Shown: in pieces, positions 37,750 through 48,200 of the stretch
Position numbering within the stretch: the first letter of the stretch is position 1
Layout of the letters: the number at the start of each line of letters is the position of its first letter
IMG/VR virus record: IMGVR_UViG_3300046010_005562
DNA length: 64,000 nucleotides
Reading direction: 5' to 3' (one strand)
DNA from: a virus
Program-made: the position numbers and the translations under genes
The notes under the pieces: model-generated
Seen by the model: only the letters and a program-made list of their open reading frames with translations
Told to the model about the DNA's origin: nothing
The model's database searches: none

Positions 37750-38283
37750 TTAATTATTAACTACGTCATTTGTCCAATATTGATATGCAAATGTAGCACT
37801 AAATTCTTCAATAGTGTCATTATTTCCCCAATCTAAAGTAACTGGAGAAATATCAATAGGAAATGCTTGTATCATTTTATATGTAGCTATTACAGTTCCT
37901 GCTTTTCCATAATGAATGACTTCAGCATCTTTCATGTAAATATCTGGTTGCACATAACCAGTAGTTCTTAAATTTGATTCATGTGTTTTTAAACTAGCCA
38001 TCCAAGTTTCTAAAGCAGATCTAGGACCAGATGTATAGTCATCTTCATCAGAAAGTATAGATACAGTCCAAGGATCAAATGATCTATCGCCAGCAAATTT
38101 AATCTGTCTTCCAAAGTAAAATACTGGAGCTACTCCAATACTTGAACCTGGAATTGATGTTGCTTTTGCTCTATATGTAAATTTTCCTGAACCATTTATT
38201 GCAGGAAATATAATTTCAAATAGATTAGGTCTTGCCCCATCTACAGGCATATTTGTTATAAAATTTGTAATTGAGAATGCCAT
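37750..38283 (-). CDS. 19: gp19 tail tube protein
   Basis: GARPNLF, GRQIKFAGDR.FD.W, IEEF.ATFAYQYW. Confidence 0.95.
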   Translation of the reverse strand: MAFSITNFITNMPVDGARPNLFEIIFPAINGSGKFTYRAKATSIPGSSIGVAPVFYFGRQIKFAGDRSFDPWTVSILSDEDDYTSGPRSALETWMASLKTHESNLRTTGYVQPDIYMKDAEVIHYGKAGTVIATYKMIQAFPIDISPVTLDWGNNDTIEEFSATFAYQYWTNDVVNN

Positions 38284-38335
38284 TTTTCTTATTCTCCGTA
38301 TAAGGTATTGGTATTAATATTTATGTTATTTATTT

Positions 38336-38363
38336 TGAATGGGCTAGAACTCTAGCCCATTCA
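38336..38363. terminator. Strong hairpin between gp18 and gp19
   Basis: tgaatgggctaga/tctagcccattca inverted repeat. Confidence 0.6.
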
Positions 38364-38375
38364 TTTAGGTTTATT

Positions 38376-40385
38376 TTAGAATTTACCTACAACGGTGCTA
38401 AATTCAACACCACTCTTAACAGCAACAAAGTTCAACTGAATAAAATTAATGCTCTTTGTAGGTTTAATATAAATGTCACCAACAAACCCATTAGAATCTA
38501 TAACTTGTGGAGTATTATTTGTTGAATCACAAACAACCAAATAATCATATATTCCATTTTTAGCTTTAACTGCTCTTAAATAAGGTTCAACCATAGCAAC
38601 AAATTGTGATCTTGTAAATTGATCATTCATTTCAAATAGAGAATTTAATGCAGCCATAGAAATACTCTTTTCAAGAGTAATAAACAATCTACGAACATTT
38701 ATTCTGTCAAATGCAGATGGAGTACTTAATAGAGTTTTATCACCGAATAACATTGGACCTGTTCCTGTAAAAGATACAACCGGATTAACTCCGTTCATGT
38801 ATAACGAATCTCTTTCATTTCTTAATGGATTCCATGCTAATTTAAGAATATTTTTAATAAGTCCTTTTTTCATTCCTGCAGGAGAAACCCAAGTGTCATG
38901 AGTTAAGTCTGTTTGAGCACAAAGTCCTGCAATGTCAGCATTTAAAGGAACCCAACGATATATGTTGTTGTATGGGTCTAATTGATATTTCCACCCACTA
39001 TCAACAACAGCATAAGAACTTTGTCTATCTAATGTATCTAAAAATCCACCTACTCCTAAAATATTAGTTAATTCAGATCCTTTGGCTGAAACAACATCTT
39101 CATATCTTGGGGAAATAAAGACCATTGCATCTTTTCTTCCAGTTATAGGATAATTCTGACCTTCAATAATATTATCAATTAAGTATTGACTAACATCTAT
39201 TGAAGAAGCTCCAGTTATACATAAATTAACTTCAAATGCATCTTTATTTTTAAATTCATCCCAACCTCTAATTAGATCAGAAGAGTCTAAATCATTTCCG
39301 TTAGATCCATTATCTAATTTAAAGTACATATTAGGGGTTTGATCAAATTCTATACCTTCTCTAACTGATCTATCCCAAGTATCTGAAGTATTAGCATAAT
39401 CAACTGGGTCCATTGCATATATATAATTAGATCTTTCAAATACAGCTTGTTTATAGTAACTGATTCTTCCAGATGCATCAATAGCATCAAATGCTTTTGA
39501 TACCAGTTCAAATTTTTCTAATACTTGTCCTTTTTGTCCTGAGAAAATACCATTAGTGTCTACTACTACTATATGCATTTCGTCATTTGCAGATCCCTTA
39601 AGTGATGCAGATTCAGAAGTTTTTGGAGGACTTTTGAAATAATTTTTATAATTCCAAGTTGAAAAATTATTAGAAGAAGTACAAACAGAAACTGTTAAAG
39701 AATCTCCAGAAACACCAGCATATCTAGCTACGAAAGGCCCAAATTCATTATTATTATTTTTGTGTAAATAGTCAGTTTCATAATCAATTTCATTTTTAAT
39801 TAAAGTAGTATTAGCTGAATTTAAAATTTCAATTTCTAATCTATCGGTTGTTGATACATTTGCTGTTATCTCTCCAGACAGAGTTAAAAGACCACTTTCT
39901 GTGTTAGCATCTGTAATTTGTAATGTATTAACGTTATTTCCAGTTAAATACCAACCAATTGTTAAGTTAGATGCTACATTTGCATCAACCACTAAATAAA
40001 CTTTTGGTTCTAATGTATTTGCTTCTAAATTTTGACTAGGAGTAAGTTGTCCTGCGTTAGTATAATAAACATTAGCTGAAGATGAGTTCAATGCTGATGC
40101 TATATCTATTCCTCTTACTACCCAAAGACTTCCCCCAGCATATGATAAAAAGTTCAAACAAGACATATAACAAGTACCAACAAATGCATTTAATGATGAA
40201 TCTGTTGGTGGTAAAAATCTTGTTTTTAAATTTTCTTTAGTTGCAACCATAACAGGAAAATCTGCTGGACCCCAATTGAATTGTCCAACAAAACCACCTG
40301 TAGAAACGCTAACAACTGAAACGTAATTTGTTAAATCGATTTCTCTTACATTTATTCCTGGTGAATTTTGTGATGATAATGCCAT
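38376..40385 (-). CDS. 18: gp18 tail sheath protein
   Basis: SPGINVREIDLT, FNWGP, AFDRINVRRLF, IYIKP.KSINFI.LNF. Confidence 0.97.
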   Translation of the reverse strand: MALSSQNSPGINVREIDLTNYVSVVSVSTGGFVGQFNWGPADFPVMVATKENLKTRFLPPTDSSLNAFVGTCYMSCLNFLSYAGGSLWVVRGIDIASALNSSSANVYYTNAGQLTPSQNLEANTLEPKVYLVVDANVASNLTIGWYLTGNNVNTLQITDANTESGLLTLSGEITANVSTTDRLEIEILNSANTTLIKNEIDYETDYLHKNNNNEFGPFVARYAGVSGDSLTVSVCTSSNNFSTWNYKNYFKSPPKTSESASLKGSANDEMHIVVVDTNGIFSGQKGQVLEKFELVSKAFDAIDASGRISYYKQAVFERSNYIYAMDPVDYANTSDTWDRSVREGIEFDQTPNMYFKLDNGSNGNDLDSSDLIRGWDEFKNKDAFEVNLCITGASSIDVSQYLIDNIIEGQNYPITGRKDAMVFISPRYEDVVSAKGSELTNILGVGGFLDTLDRQSSYAVVDSGWKYQLDPYNNIYRWVPLNADIAGLCAQTDLTHDTWVSPAGMKKGLIKNILKLAWNPLRNERDSLYMNGVNPVVSFTGTGPMLFGDKTLLSTPSAFDRINVRRLFITLEKSISMAALNSLFEMNDQFTRSQFVAMVEPYLRAVKAKNGIYDYLVVCDSTNNTPQVIDSNGFVGDIYIKPTKSINFIQLNFVAVKSGVEFSTVVGKF

Positions 40386-40454
40386 AAAATAATCTCCTTG
40401 ATTAAAAAATTCTTATACTCTTATTTATTAAAAATAACTTTTTTACAACTATAT

Positions 40455-42146
40455 TTAAAAATCTAAAAGTTCTTTAAATAATTTTTCATAAGGATCTTTA
40501 TCTTTAGTTTCTATCCATACAGTATCTTCTGAAACAAAAAATGGAACTTCTAATCCACTCCATTTATCAATGATAGGAAGAATATCATCATCGTCAGATA
40601 TGTTAAATTTTTCTAATTGTAATTGTTTTCTAATATCATGATCTACAATCTCTTTAAAATATTTTTGAGTAGATAACCATCCAAAAATAACTAAAGTCAT
40701 AGCTAAATCGTCATTACATCCTTCTTCTGCTTCATATGAATTAGAATTTGAAACAAAAGTAGTTAATTCTGAATAAGTTTCAAAATCATTTATGATTAAC
40801 TTATCCATTTCAATTAGAGTTTTTAAAGTAGAACACCCCATTCTTTTTACTAATGGAGACATTTTTAATCCTAACGCCATACCATTTCCAAATCCAGATG
40901 ATAATGTTTGAGCTTTTTTATTTCCAGAAACAACTCTCATAACATTTTCATATTCAAGATCATTTTGTAATATTTCAGCAACTTGCGGATTATTATTTAT
41001 TTCAATCAAAACATATGCATTATTATAGTATACAGCACACATTTGTAGTATATTAGGATATAATAATGGAGATATTGTATTATCTCTGAATCTAGCCACT
41101 TGTTTATACGGCATTGTCGAAACATCGAATACTGAAAATGCTGAATAGTCTAAGTTTCTACCTTCAGAAACATCGACAGTCATTGCATACATATGAGTTC
41201 TAGTTACTTGATTTCCTTCTTCATCGAAAAATTCTTTTATAGGTTCTTCATATATCTTCATTCCAGAGAAGTCATTAATTTCATCTTTATAAGATATAGT
41301 TGCTAATTTCTCTCCTGAAATCAGTGTGTTAGTAGACCCCAAGAATTCTGTTTCAAATTCCTGCTGCCATTGTCTAAGACTTGTATTTTTTATTGTATCT
41401 TCTTTAAACTTTTCATCTCTTCCAGGAACCATTGACCAATGGATACTGAATGTTTTATAATCATTTCTTTTTCCAAGAGCATCTGTCCACATCTTATAGA
41501 ATAAATTCATTCCGTTTGGTGTGGATACAATAATCATTTTTGTAGTTTTACCAGAAGAAATTACTGGATAAACAGAAGTGAAGAATTTTTCTGCGATATT
41601 TGGTGGAACGAAAGCAAACTCATCTAAGAATACTAGGGTAAAAGATCCACCACGAATAGCATTTGAAGATGTTGCAGATGCTAATACTTTAGAACCATTT
41701 TCTAATTCAATGTTACCCTTATTCCAAACCTTAACACCTTGCTGTAGCCATAATGGAAGGTTTTCATATGCAAGTTGATATCTATCAAGAATCTCTCTAG
41801 CAAGATCTCCTTTATTTGCAAGAATAGCAATATTTTGATCAGAATTGAATAAAGATAACCAAAGAATATAAGAAACAGAAGTTACTGTTTTTCCAACCTG
41901 TCTTGGACATTTAACAATATTGAATCTATTTTCATGGAAATTAGTAACCATCTCCTCTTGATAATCATACATATTGAATGGAACAACGCCATAATCAACA
42001 TGAACTACTTTTACATAATTTTTAATAAAATAGATAGGATCATTAGCGCATTTTATATATTCTTGTACTTGATCTTCTGTGAATTCTATATTAACCCCTT
42101 CACGCTTTAATAAGGGATTAGATCTGTAGGATGATTCTACTATCAT
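40455..42146 (-). CDS. 17: gp17 terminase large subunit
   Basis: PRQVGKT, FLDEFAF, STPNG, DVSEG, DDLAM. Confidence 0.97.
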   Translation of the reverse strand: MIVESSYRSNPLLKREGVNIEFTEDQVQEYIKCANDPIYFIKNYVKVVHVDYGVVPFNMYDYQEEMVTNFHENRFNIVKCPRQVGKTVTSVSYILWLSLFNSDQNIAILANKGDLAREILDRYQLAYENLPLWLQQGVKVWNKGNIELENGSKVLASATSSNAIRGGSFTLVFLDEFAFVPPNIAEKFFTSVYPVISSGKTTKMIIVSTPNGMNLFYKMWTDALGKRNDYKTFSIHWSMVPGRDEKFKEDTIKNTSLRQWQQEFETEFLGSTNTLISGEKLATISYKDEINDFSGMKIYEEPIKEFFDEEGNQVTRTHMYAMTVDVSEGRNLDYSAFSVFDVSTMPYKQVARFRDNTISPLLYPNILQMCAVYYNNAYVLIEINNNPQVAEILQNDLEYENVMRVVSGNKKAQTLSSGFGNGMALGLKMSPLVKRMGCSTLKTLIEMDKLIINDFETYSELTTFVSNSNSYEAEEGCNDDLAMTLVIFGWLSTQKYFKEIVDHDIRKQLQLEKFNISDDDDILPIIDKWSGLEVPFFVSEDTVWIETKDKDPYEKLFKELLDF

Positions 42147-42592
42147 TAATTACCTTCTATCACATCTTTTTCATTTATATCTTTAACCATTTTTGCTAAC
42201 TCTTTTGTAGATCCAACAAAAATAGCATTTTTTATATTTGTTTTAGTTTCTTCTTTTTGTTTATAGTTAGAAATTTCTCTAATCTTTTTATGAATATCTA
42301 ACATCTTTTCATTAGCTTCAAGTACTGTTTTTAACATAGTAGCAGCAACTTCAAAGTCTCTGCCTTTTTCAGTTTCTCTTGCTATTGTTAATATATCATC
42401 AAAAGCAGATTTTCCTTTTTCTATTAATTCATTTAAATTTTCTCTACTAGTTTCATAATCATTTTTTAAATCATCATCTAGTTCACCGAAGAAAATTTTA
42501 TTTGGTTCTTCTATAATTTGAGGTAAATTTTCTGATTCCTCAGTTTTTATGTCAAAAAAATCTTCCATTCTTTCATTAAATTTAGTTCCCAT
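42146..42592 (-). CDS. 16: gp16 terminase small subunit
   Basis: DYE.SR.NL, R.FEVA, FVGSTKEL; synteny. Confidence 0.88.
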   Translation of the reverse strand: MGTKFNERMEDFFDIKTEESENLPQIIEEPNKIFFGELDDDLKNDYETSRENLNELIEKGKSAFDDILTIARETEKGRDFEVAATMLKTVLEANEKMLDIHKKIREISNYKQKEETKTNIKNAIFVGSTKELAKMVKDINEKDVIEGN

Positions 42593-42606
42593 AATATATC
42601 CTTTGG

Positions 42607-43578
42607 TTATGCTTTTATGTTTATATTAAAATAAGTTTCATTATTTGCATAAGAATGATCTATCATATATGTAGATAATGTACTAGTTCCTACTATAGTT
42701 TGTCCAATTTTTATAGTTCCATTTATTCTAGATAAAGTTATTATATTATTAGCTTTATTCCAATAGCTAACTTCAGCAGTTCCTATAGCATTTTCTAAAT
42801 TATATCCTTGATATACTATTTCTCCTATTTTATAATCACCAGATCCAGTATTTAATACTATAAATGATTTTGTTGGTAATGAATCACAACTACCAGATAC
42901 AAAATTATTATTTGAACTACTAATACTTACATTAGCTTGTTGAATTGTATTTTCTGTTTTTATTCCACCAAATATAAATGATTTTATGGTAAAATCAAAA
43001 GTAAACATAACAACACGAACTTCAGAATCAAAAGATCCTTCTGATTCAATTGAAGGTACTACTCTATCTAATAATATAGGAACGGTTTTAACAATTCCCA
43101 TTTCTTGTACTAAATTAAGTTTTATACTAAAATCTGGAGTAAAATAAGGTAATATCTGTTCTACTATTTGAGTTGCATCTTCTATAGTTCTTGCATATGC
43201 TGTTAATTGATAATTAAAATTATATGGAACAGGATTATATTGACTTAGTACAGACTCTGCAGAATTTGGATTAACAGCATAATTCTTATTATTAGTGTTT
43301 AATTTTCTAGAAGAATCATATTCAAGTCCCAAGAATTCATAAGATAATCTAGGAAGAATAATTTGAATCTTTTTTTGTAAATCTGGATCTCCTAGTAATC
43401 TTTTGGTATATTTTTCTTTATCAGCATATTCAATAGGTACTATAAATCTTTGATCTTCTATTTTATCTGCTGTTAAATCAGGATTAGATCTTATTATTGT
43501 TATATTTTTAAATAGACCAGCAAAAGCAACAGACATTTTTCTTATTATTTGAAAATAAGATGTTGGGTTGTTAGACAA
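42607..43578 (-). CDS. 15: gp15 tail sheath stabiliser (TTG start)
   Basis: VPI.YA.KEK, LPRLS, PVPYN, QIVEQILPYFTPD; GGAGG then TTG. Confidence 0.9.
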   Translation of the reverse strand: MSNNPTSYFQIIRKMSVAFAGLFKNITIIRSNPDLTADKIEDQRFIVPIEYADKEKYTKRLLGDPDLQKKIQIILPRLSYEFLGLEYDSSRKLNTNNKNYAVNPNSAESVLSQYNPVPYNFNYQLTAYARTIEDATQIVEQILPYFTPDFSIKLNLVQEMGIVKTVPILLDRVVPSIESEGSFDSEVRVVMFTFDFTIKSFIFGGIKTENTIQQANVSISSSNNNFVSGSCDSLPTKSFIVLNTGSGDYKIGEIVYQGYNLENAIGTAEVSYWNKANNIITLSRINGTIKIGQTIVGTSTLSTYMIDHSYANNETYFNINIKA

Positions 43579-43579
43579 A

Positions 43580-44479
43580 TTATCCTCCTAAAGAACCGAA
43601 AGGGTTTGATTCGCTAGTATTTAACACTTCTGTTTCTTCACTTCTGATATGAACATTATCCCATTCTGATCTGCTAGTAGGATTATCTAAATCATCATAT
43701 GATACTAAATTGAAAGAGGTTTCTGATTCTGATCCAACTATAGGAACATTAACTACAAATTCTCCAACTATATTAGTTACTTTTAATTTATTATTAGAAT
43801 CATCCCAGAATGCAACAGATGCTGTACAGTTAGCAGTTAATAATGAAGATCCTTGGAATACTATTTCTCCATATTGATACACTCCACCATATAATCCAGA
43901 ATCAATTGCAAATTGAGACATTTGTAGATTTATAGAGTATGCTTCTTCATCATTAACAATATCAATCTCTTCAATTCCAGTTTCAATTTGTTCATGTGAA
44001 TATTTAAATGCTTCTAATTCTAGTTCATAAAGATAAGGCATTCTTCTTCCCAATTGGTATTTATCAGAAGTGTCATTAACAAATTTAATTTCATATAATT
44101 CACCTAATCCAGAAGCCCAAGGTATGTATATTAAATCTCCTTCTTGTGGTCTAATTCTAATTGAAGTTGGAACAAGATCATAAAAAGATCTTGCAGATAT
44201 TTGTACCTTAGTATTATTTTTTATTTCAAGCCCAAATTTACTAAAAAATTCATTACTCAATCCTGGATCTATTGAATTTGATAAATACATTTCTATTGAA
44301 TATGAATCTTTAAATTTTCTTAATGGATTATCGCCATATACTAAATCAGGAGAATCATCCTCCATCAGGATGTAATATCCATCAAATCCTTGAATTTTAA
44401 TAGCTTCTGTTAAAAGAGATTCTAATAGTGATTGTTCATTATGAGAATTATATGAAGTAAAAAAACTAGATGTTGCCAT
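43580..44479 (-). CDS. 14: gp14 neck protein
   Basis: EQ.LLE.L..EAI, SKFGLEI, RPQEGDLIY, E.NPFG. Confidence 0.92.
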   Translation of the reverse strand: MATSSFFTSYNSHNEQSLLESLLTEAIKIQGFDGYYILMEDDSPDLVYGDNPLRKFKDSYSIEMYLSNSIDPGLSNEFFSKFGLEIKNNTKVQISARSFYDLVPTSIRIRPQEGDLIYIPWASGLGELYEIKFVNDTSDKYQLGRRMPYLYELELEAFKYSHEQIETGIEEIDIVNDEEAYSINLQMSQFAIDSGLYGGVYQYGEIVFQGSSLLTANCTASVAFWDDSNNKLKVTNIVGEFVVNVPIVGSESETSFNLVSYDDLDNPTSRSEWDNVHIRSEETEVLNTSESNPFGSLGG

Positions 44480-44484
44480 ATTTT

Positions 44485-45231
44485 TTACCCCATCATAAAT
44501 TCACATGGAATTGAATAGTCATTTTCCATATCTTTTTCTAATTGATCTATCTCTCTAATAGCATCTTGATATAAAGTTTCTCCATTTAATACAATTCCAC
44601 CAGGTAAACTTATGTTTCCATATTTTCTTAGATTTTCTCCCCATTGTCTTTTAAATAAACATGTGGTATATCTAAGTAACCATCTATCATTCCAAACATC
44701 AGTAAATTGTGAAGAATCAATTAATTCATACCCTTCAGAAACTACAATTTGTCCTTCAGGAGCTTGTCCTGTTCCCCACCCAAAATCTATATATAATCTA
44801 TTTTCATGTCTATTAAAACGTATAGGAACTTCTCCAGTGAATAATAATTCTAAAGTTCTTAAATGTTGCATAGTCATGGTATAATTTATATAACTAGCAC
44901 TAGTAAAATCCCATAGTTCATTTAATCTTAATTGATATCTAAGATCCCACATATTAGTTTGATTAAATGTATTAACTAATGGGAATATTCTAGTAATACC
45001 TATTATAGAATCTGGAACTGAAAAATATCTATTTTCTACATCTTCTGCTGTTATTCCTTTAACCCAATATACTTTTTTAACAGCATCATAATGATAATCC
45101 GACCAGAAAGAAATAGCTTCATCAATACGATCTTGTAATTGATCTTCAGAAACATTTATATCTATTACAGGAAATCCTAGTCTTCTTAAACAATAATCTT
45201 TTAATTCTTCTCTTGAGTTAGGTTTAGCCAT
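44485..45231 (-). CDS. 13: gp13 neck protein
   Basis: LKDYCLRRLGFPVIDINV, KRQWG.NL.KY..LPGG..LNG. Confidence 0.94.
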   Translation of the reverse strand: MAKPNSREELKDYCLRRLGFPVIDINVSEDQLQDRIDEAISFWSDYHYDAVKKVYWVKGITAEDVENRYFSVPDSIIGITRIFPLVNTFNQTNMWDLRYQLRLNELWDFTSASYINYTMTMQHLRTLELLFTGEVPIRFNRHENRLYIDFGWGTGQAPEGQIVVSEGYELIDSSQFTDVWNDRWLLRYTTCLFKRQWGENLRKYGNISLPGGIVLNGETLYQDAIREIDQLEKDMENDYSIPCEFMMG

Positions 45232-45254
45232 GATCTTTTATTTAGTTTGATTAA

Positions 45255-48200
45255 TTAATTATTTATATTATTTTTTTCTAATTCTAAAAGTCTTGATTTA
45301 GTTTCATTTAAATCTTCAGATAATTCTTGAATAGATTTAATTAAGAATGCTATCAAAGAATCATACTCTACAGATTTTATACCATCATTTTCATGAACTA
45401 TATCAGGTAGTATTTTTTCAATTTCTTGAGCAATAACACCATATGATTTCTTTCCTGTCTTTTTCCAATTAAATGAAACAGGGTTCATTTTGTTTACAAT
45501 TTCTGATGAATTTTGTAATGGACTTATATTATCTTTTTGAGATTCATCTGATAGGGAAGAAAATATAGTAGCAAATAAAGTACCTGTACTAGGATTTGTA
45601 TATAATTCTGTTGAGTTTATGAAAACAGAATTAAATGCTTGTCCATTTGTATTACTAGTAAAAACTAAAGGTCTATTAGCATTTGTAGAAGTATCATCTG
45701 TTAAAGTTGGACCAGAGTTAGCTTTATTGAATGCACCTAATGCATTATTTATTGCAGTGTTAGCTATAATGAATGAATTAACAGCATCATTACCAGCAGA
45801 GTTTGCTTTGTTAAATGTAGAAACAATATAATTTGAGTAATTACCACTATGTAAAATAGTATTCCAAGAACCCCATGTAGTATTAATCCCTGCTCTTAAT
45901 TTTAATACAGGATTTGTTGTAGAATTTGCAGCAGATGGTGAGAATAGTAGTTGATAACTTGGGTCTCCAGTAGATGCAGTTGTGCTATCCCATGGAGCAT
46001 ATGTTATTAACCCACTATAATTACCTGTTGAACTAAAAGTAGAGGAACTTTTAAATTCTGTCGTTAATCCATAACTATAAGTATTTGGAGTTAAATCAAC
46101 AGTTCTACCTCCAGAAGTTCCCATTACAAAGCCAGGTGATCTGTATGATGTTCCATCCCACCCACCAACAGAACGAGAACTAGTAGCATTTCCACCAGCA
46201 TTTCCACCAATATTCAAACTAGAAGCAGTACCAGTTAAGCCAGTACCAGCACCAGAGAATGAAGAAGCTGTTACTGAACTGGTGGTAGTTAATGCACCAG
46301 CACTACTTAAAGTCATTCCTGTAGTTGCACCATCACCCCAACTCTGAGAACCTTGGTTTGGATATCTTTCCCACCAAGTTTTTGTTGTTGAACCAGGAAT
46401 AGTAAATGATGCATCAACCCAAACACCATCATGTAATGCTTGAGTTGTCCAACTAGTAGATGTATTGGCTTTTCTTAATCTCCATCTGGTATTATATACA
46501 AAATTTGAGCCAGCAGAATGTAACTCTGTGGAAATTGGTATATAAGCTCCAGTATTTGCACCTAATGGAGTAATGCTTTCTGATACTATCAACCTTCCTA
46601 CACTGCCGCTTGGTGCTCCACCAATACCCATTTGTCCAGTAGATACATTAAATACAAATGCACTATTTGCGTATACTTGTCTATTACCAGAAGTACCATC
46701 ATAAAGAGCAGGATAATAAGTACCTGTAGTCGCATTAGTTACTGTTTGGTATGCAGAAACGTTAGCACTACCGACAGATGCACCATTTGCTAACTGCCAA
46801 CTAAATCCACCACCAGTGGTATAATTTAAGAAAGTATTATTTTGTGTTGGAGCGGTAATAAATCCAGTAGTATTAGTACCAGTTTGATAAGGTATTCGAT
46901 TAGCATCACCGCCTACGATATTTGTGGCCAAACCAGCAGTTAAACTAGAAGCAGTACCGGTCAATCCAGTACCAGCACCAGAGAATGAGGATGCGGTTAC
47001 AGTTCCACTAGATGCAGTTATATTGGCAGTGGAAGTAATAGACCCAGTAATTGCAACTGTATTTGCTGCTGAGTTTAATCTTAAACCAAAATTAAATCCA
47101 GCCCAAGGAGCAATAATTAAATTACCCGGTGTACTAGAACTTGTGCCAGAACCATTACTGAACCATAAAGCAACATCACCAGTGGTTGTTATGCCGTTAT
47201 ATGAACCTCCTGATGCATTTGCTTGGAATGCTAACCAATTTGTTCCATTACCTATTTTTAGTGTTTGGTTAGAGGTAGATACTCCTGAAGAATCAGTAAA
47301 CGTGGATTGTGTAATACCCGAAGCATTAAATGATGTTGCTGATAATGCACCAGTGGCACTATTGAAACTTAATGCGTTATTAGCATTGACTTGTCTATTA
47401 CCAGAAGTACCATTATAAAGAGCAGGATACCAAGTACCAGTGGTTGCATTAGTTACTGTTTGGTATGCAGAAACGTTAGCACTACCAACTGATGCACTAT
47501 TTGCTAACTGCCAACTGAATCCAGTACCAGTTTGATAATTTAGGAATGTATTATTCTGTGTTGGTGCGGCAATAAAACTAGTAATACCAGATGTTCCTTC
47601 ATAAAATATTTGGTTAGCAGATGGACCAGTAATATTTAATGAACTAACTGTCAATGCACCAGTATTGGCTGTTCCTGCAACATCTAGTTTATATGCAGGA
47701 GAAGATGTTCCGATACCAACGTTACCGAGATTGTTGATACGAACCTTTTCTGTTGGGGTTCCAGCATTTGATGTATAAAATTCTAGTGTAGTTTGATTGG
47801 AACCATTATTAGTTGCTCGTATTTGACTATCTCTAACATTAAACCCATTATTGGTAGTATCAAAGGATAGTACACTTTGAGTGTTTGCTGTGCCTGAAGA
47901 GTTTACAATTGCTGCAACTACTGCACCACCAGAGTTTGTTCCTACTACAGCGAATTTGCCCCATGTACTAGGAGAAGTTGTTCCGATACCAGTATTTCCA
48001 GTACTATCAATTCTCATTCTTTCGGTAGGAGTAGAAGAACCATTAGCCGTAGTCCTGAACACCAGACGACCTGGCATGTTGTTAGTCCCAGGAGTTCCGT
48101 CCACTTCAGCACCAATTTTGGCTGCTACTGAAGTTAAGGAAGTCCCGTCAGCACCAGCCCATATTAATTCACCTAATGAATCATTATTTTGGACTATTGT

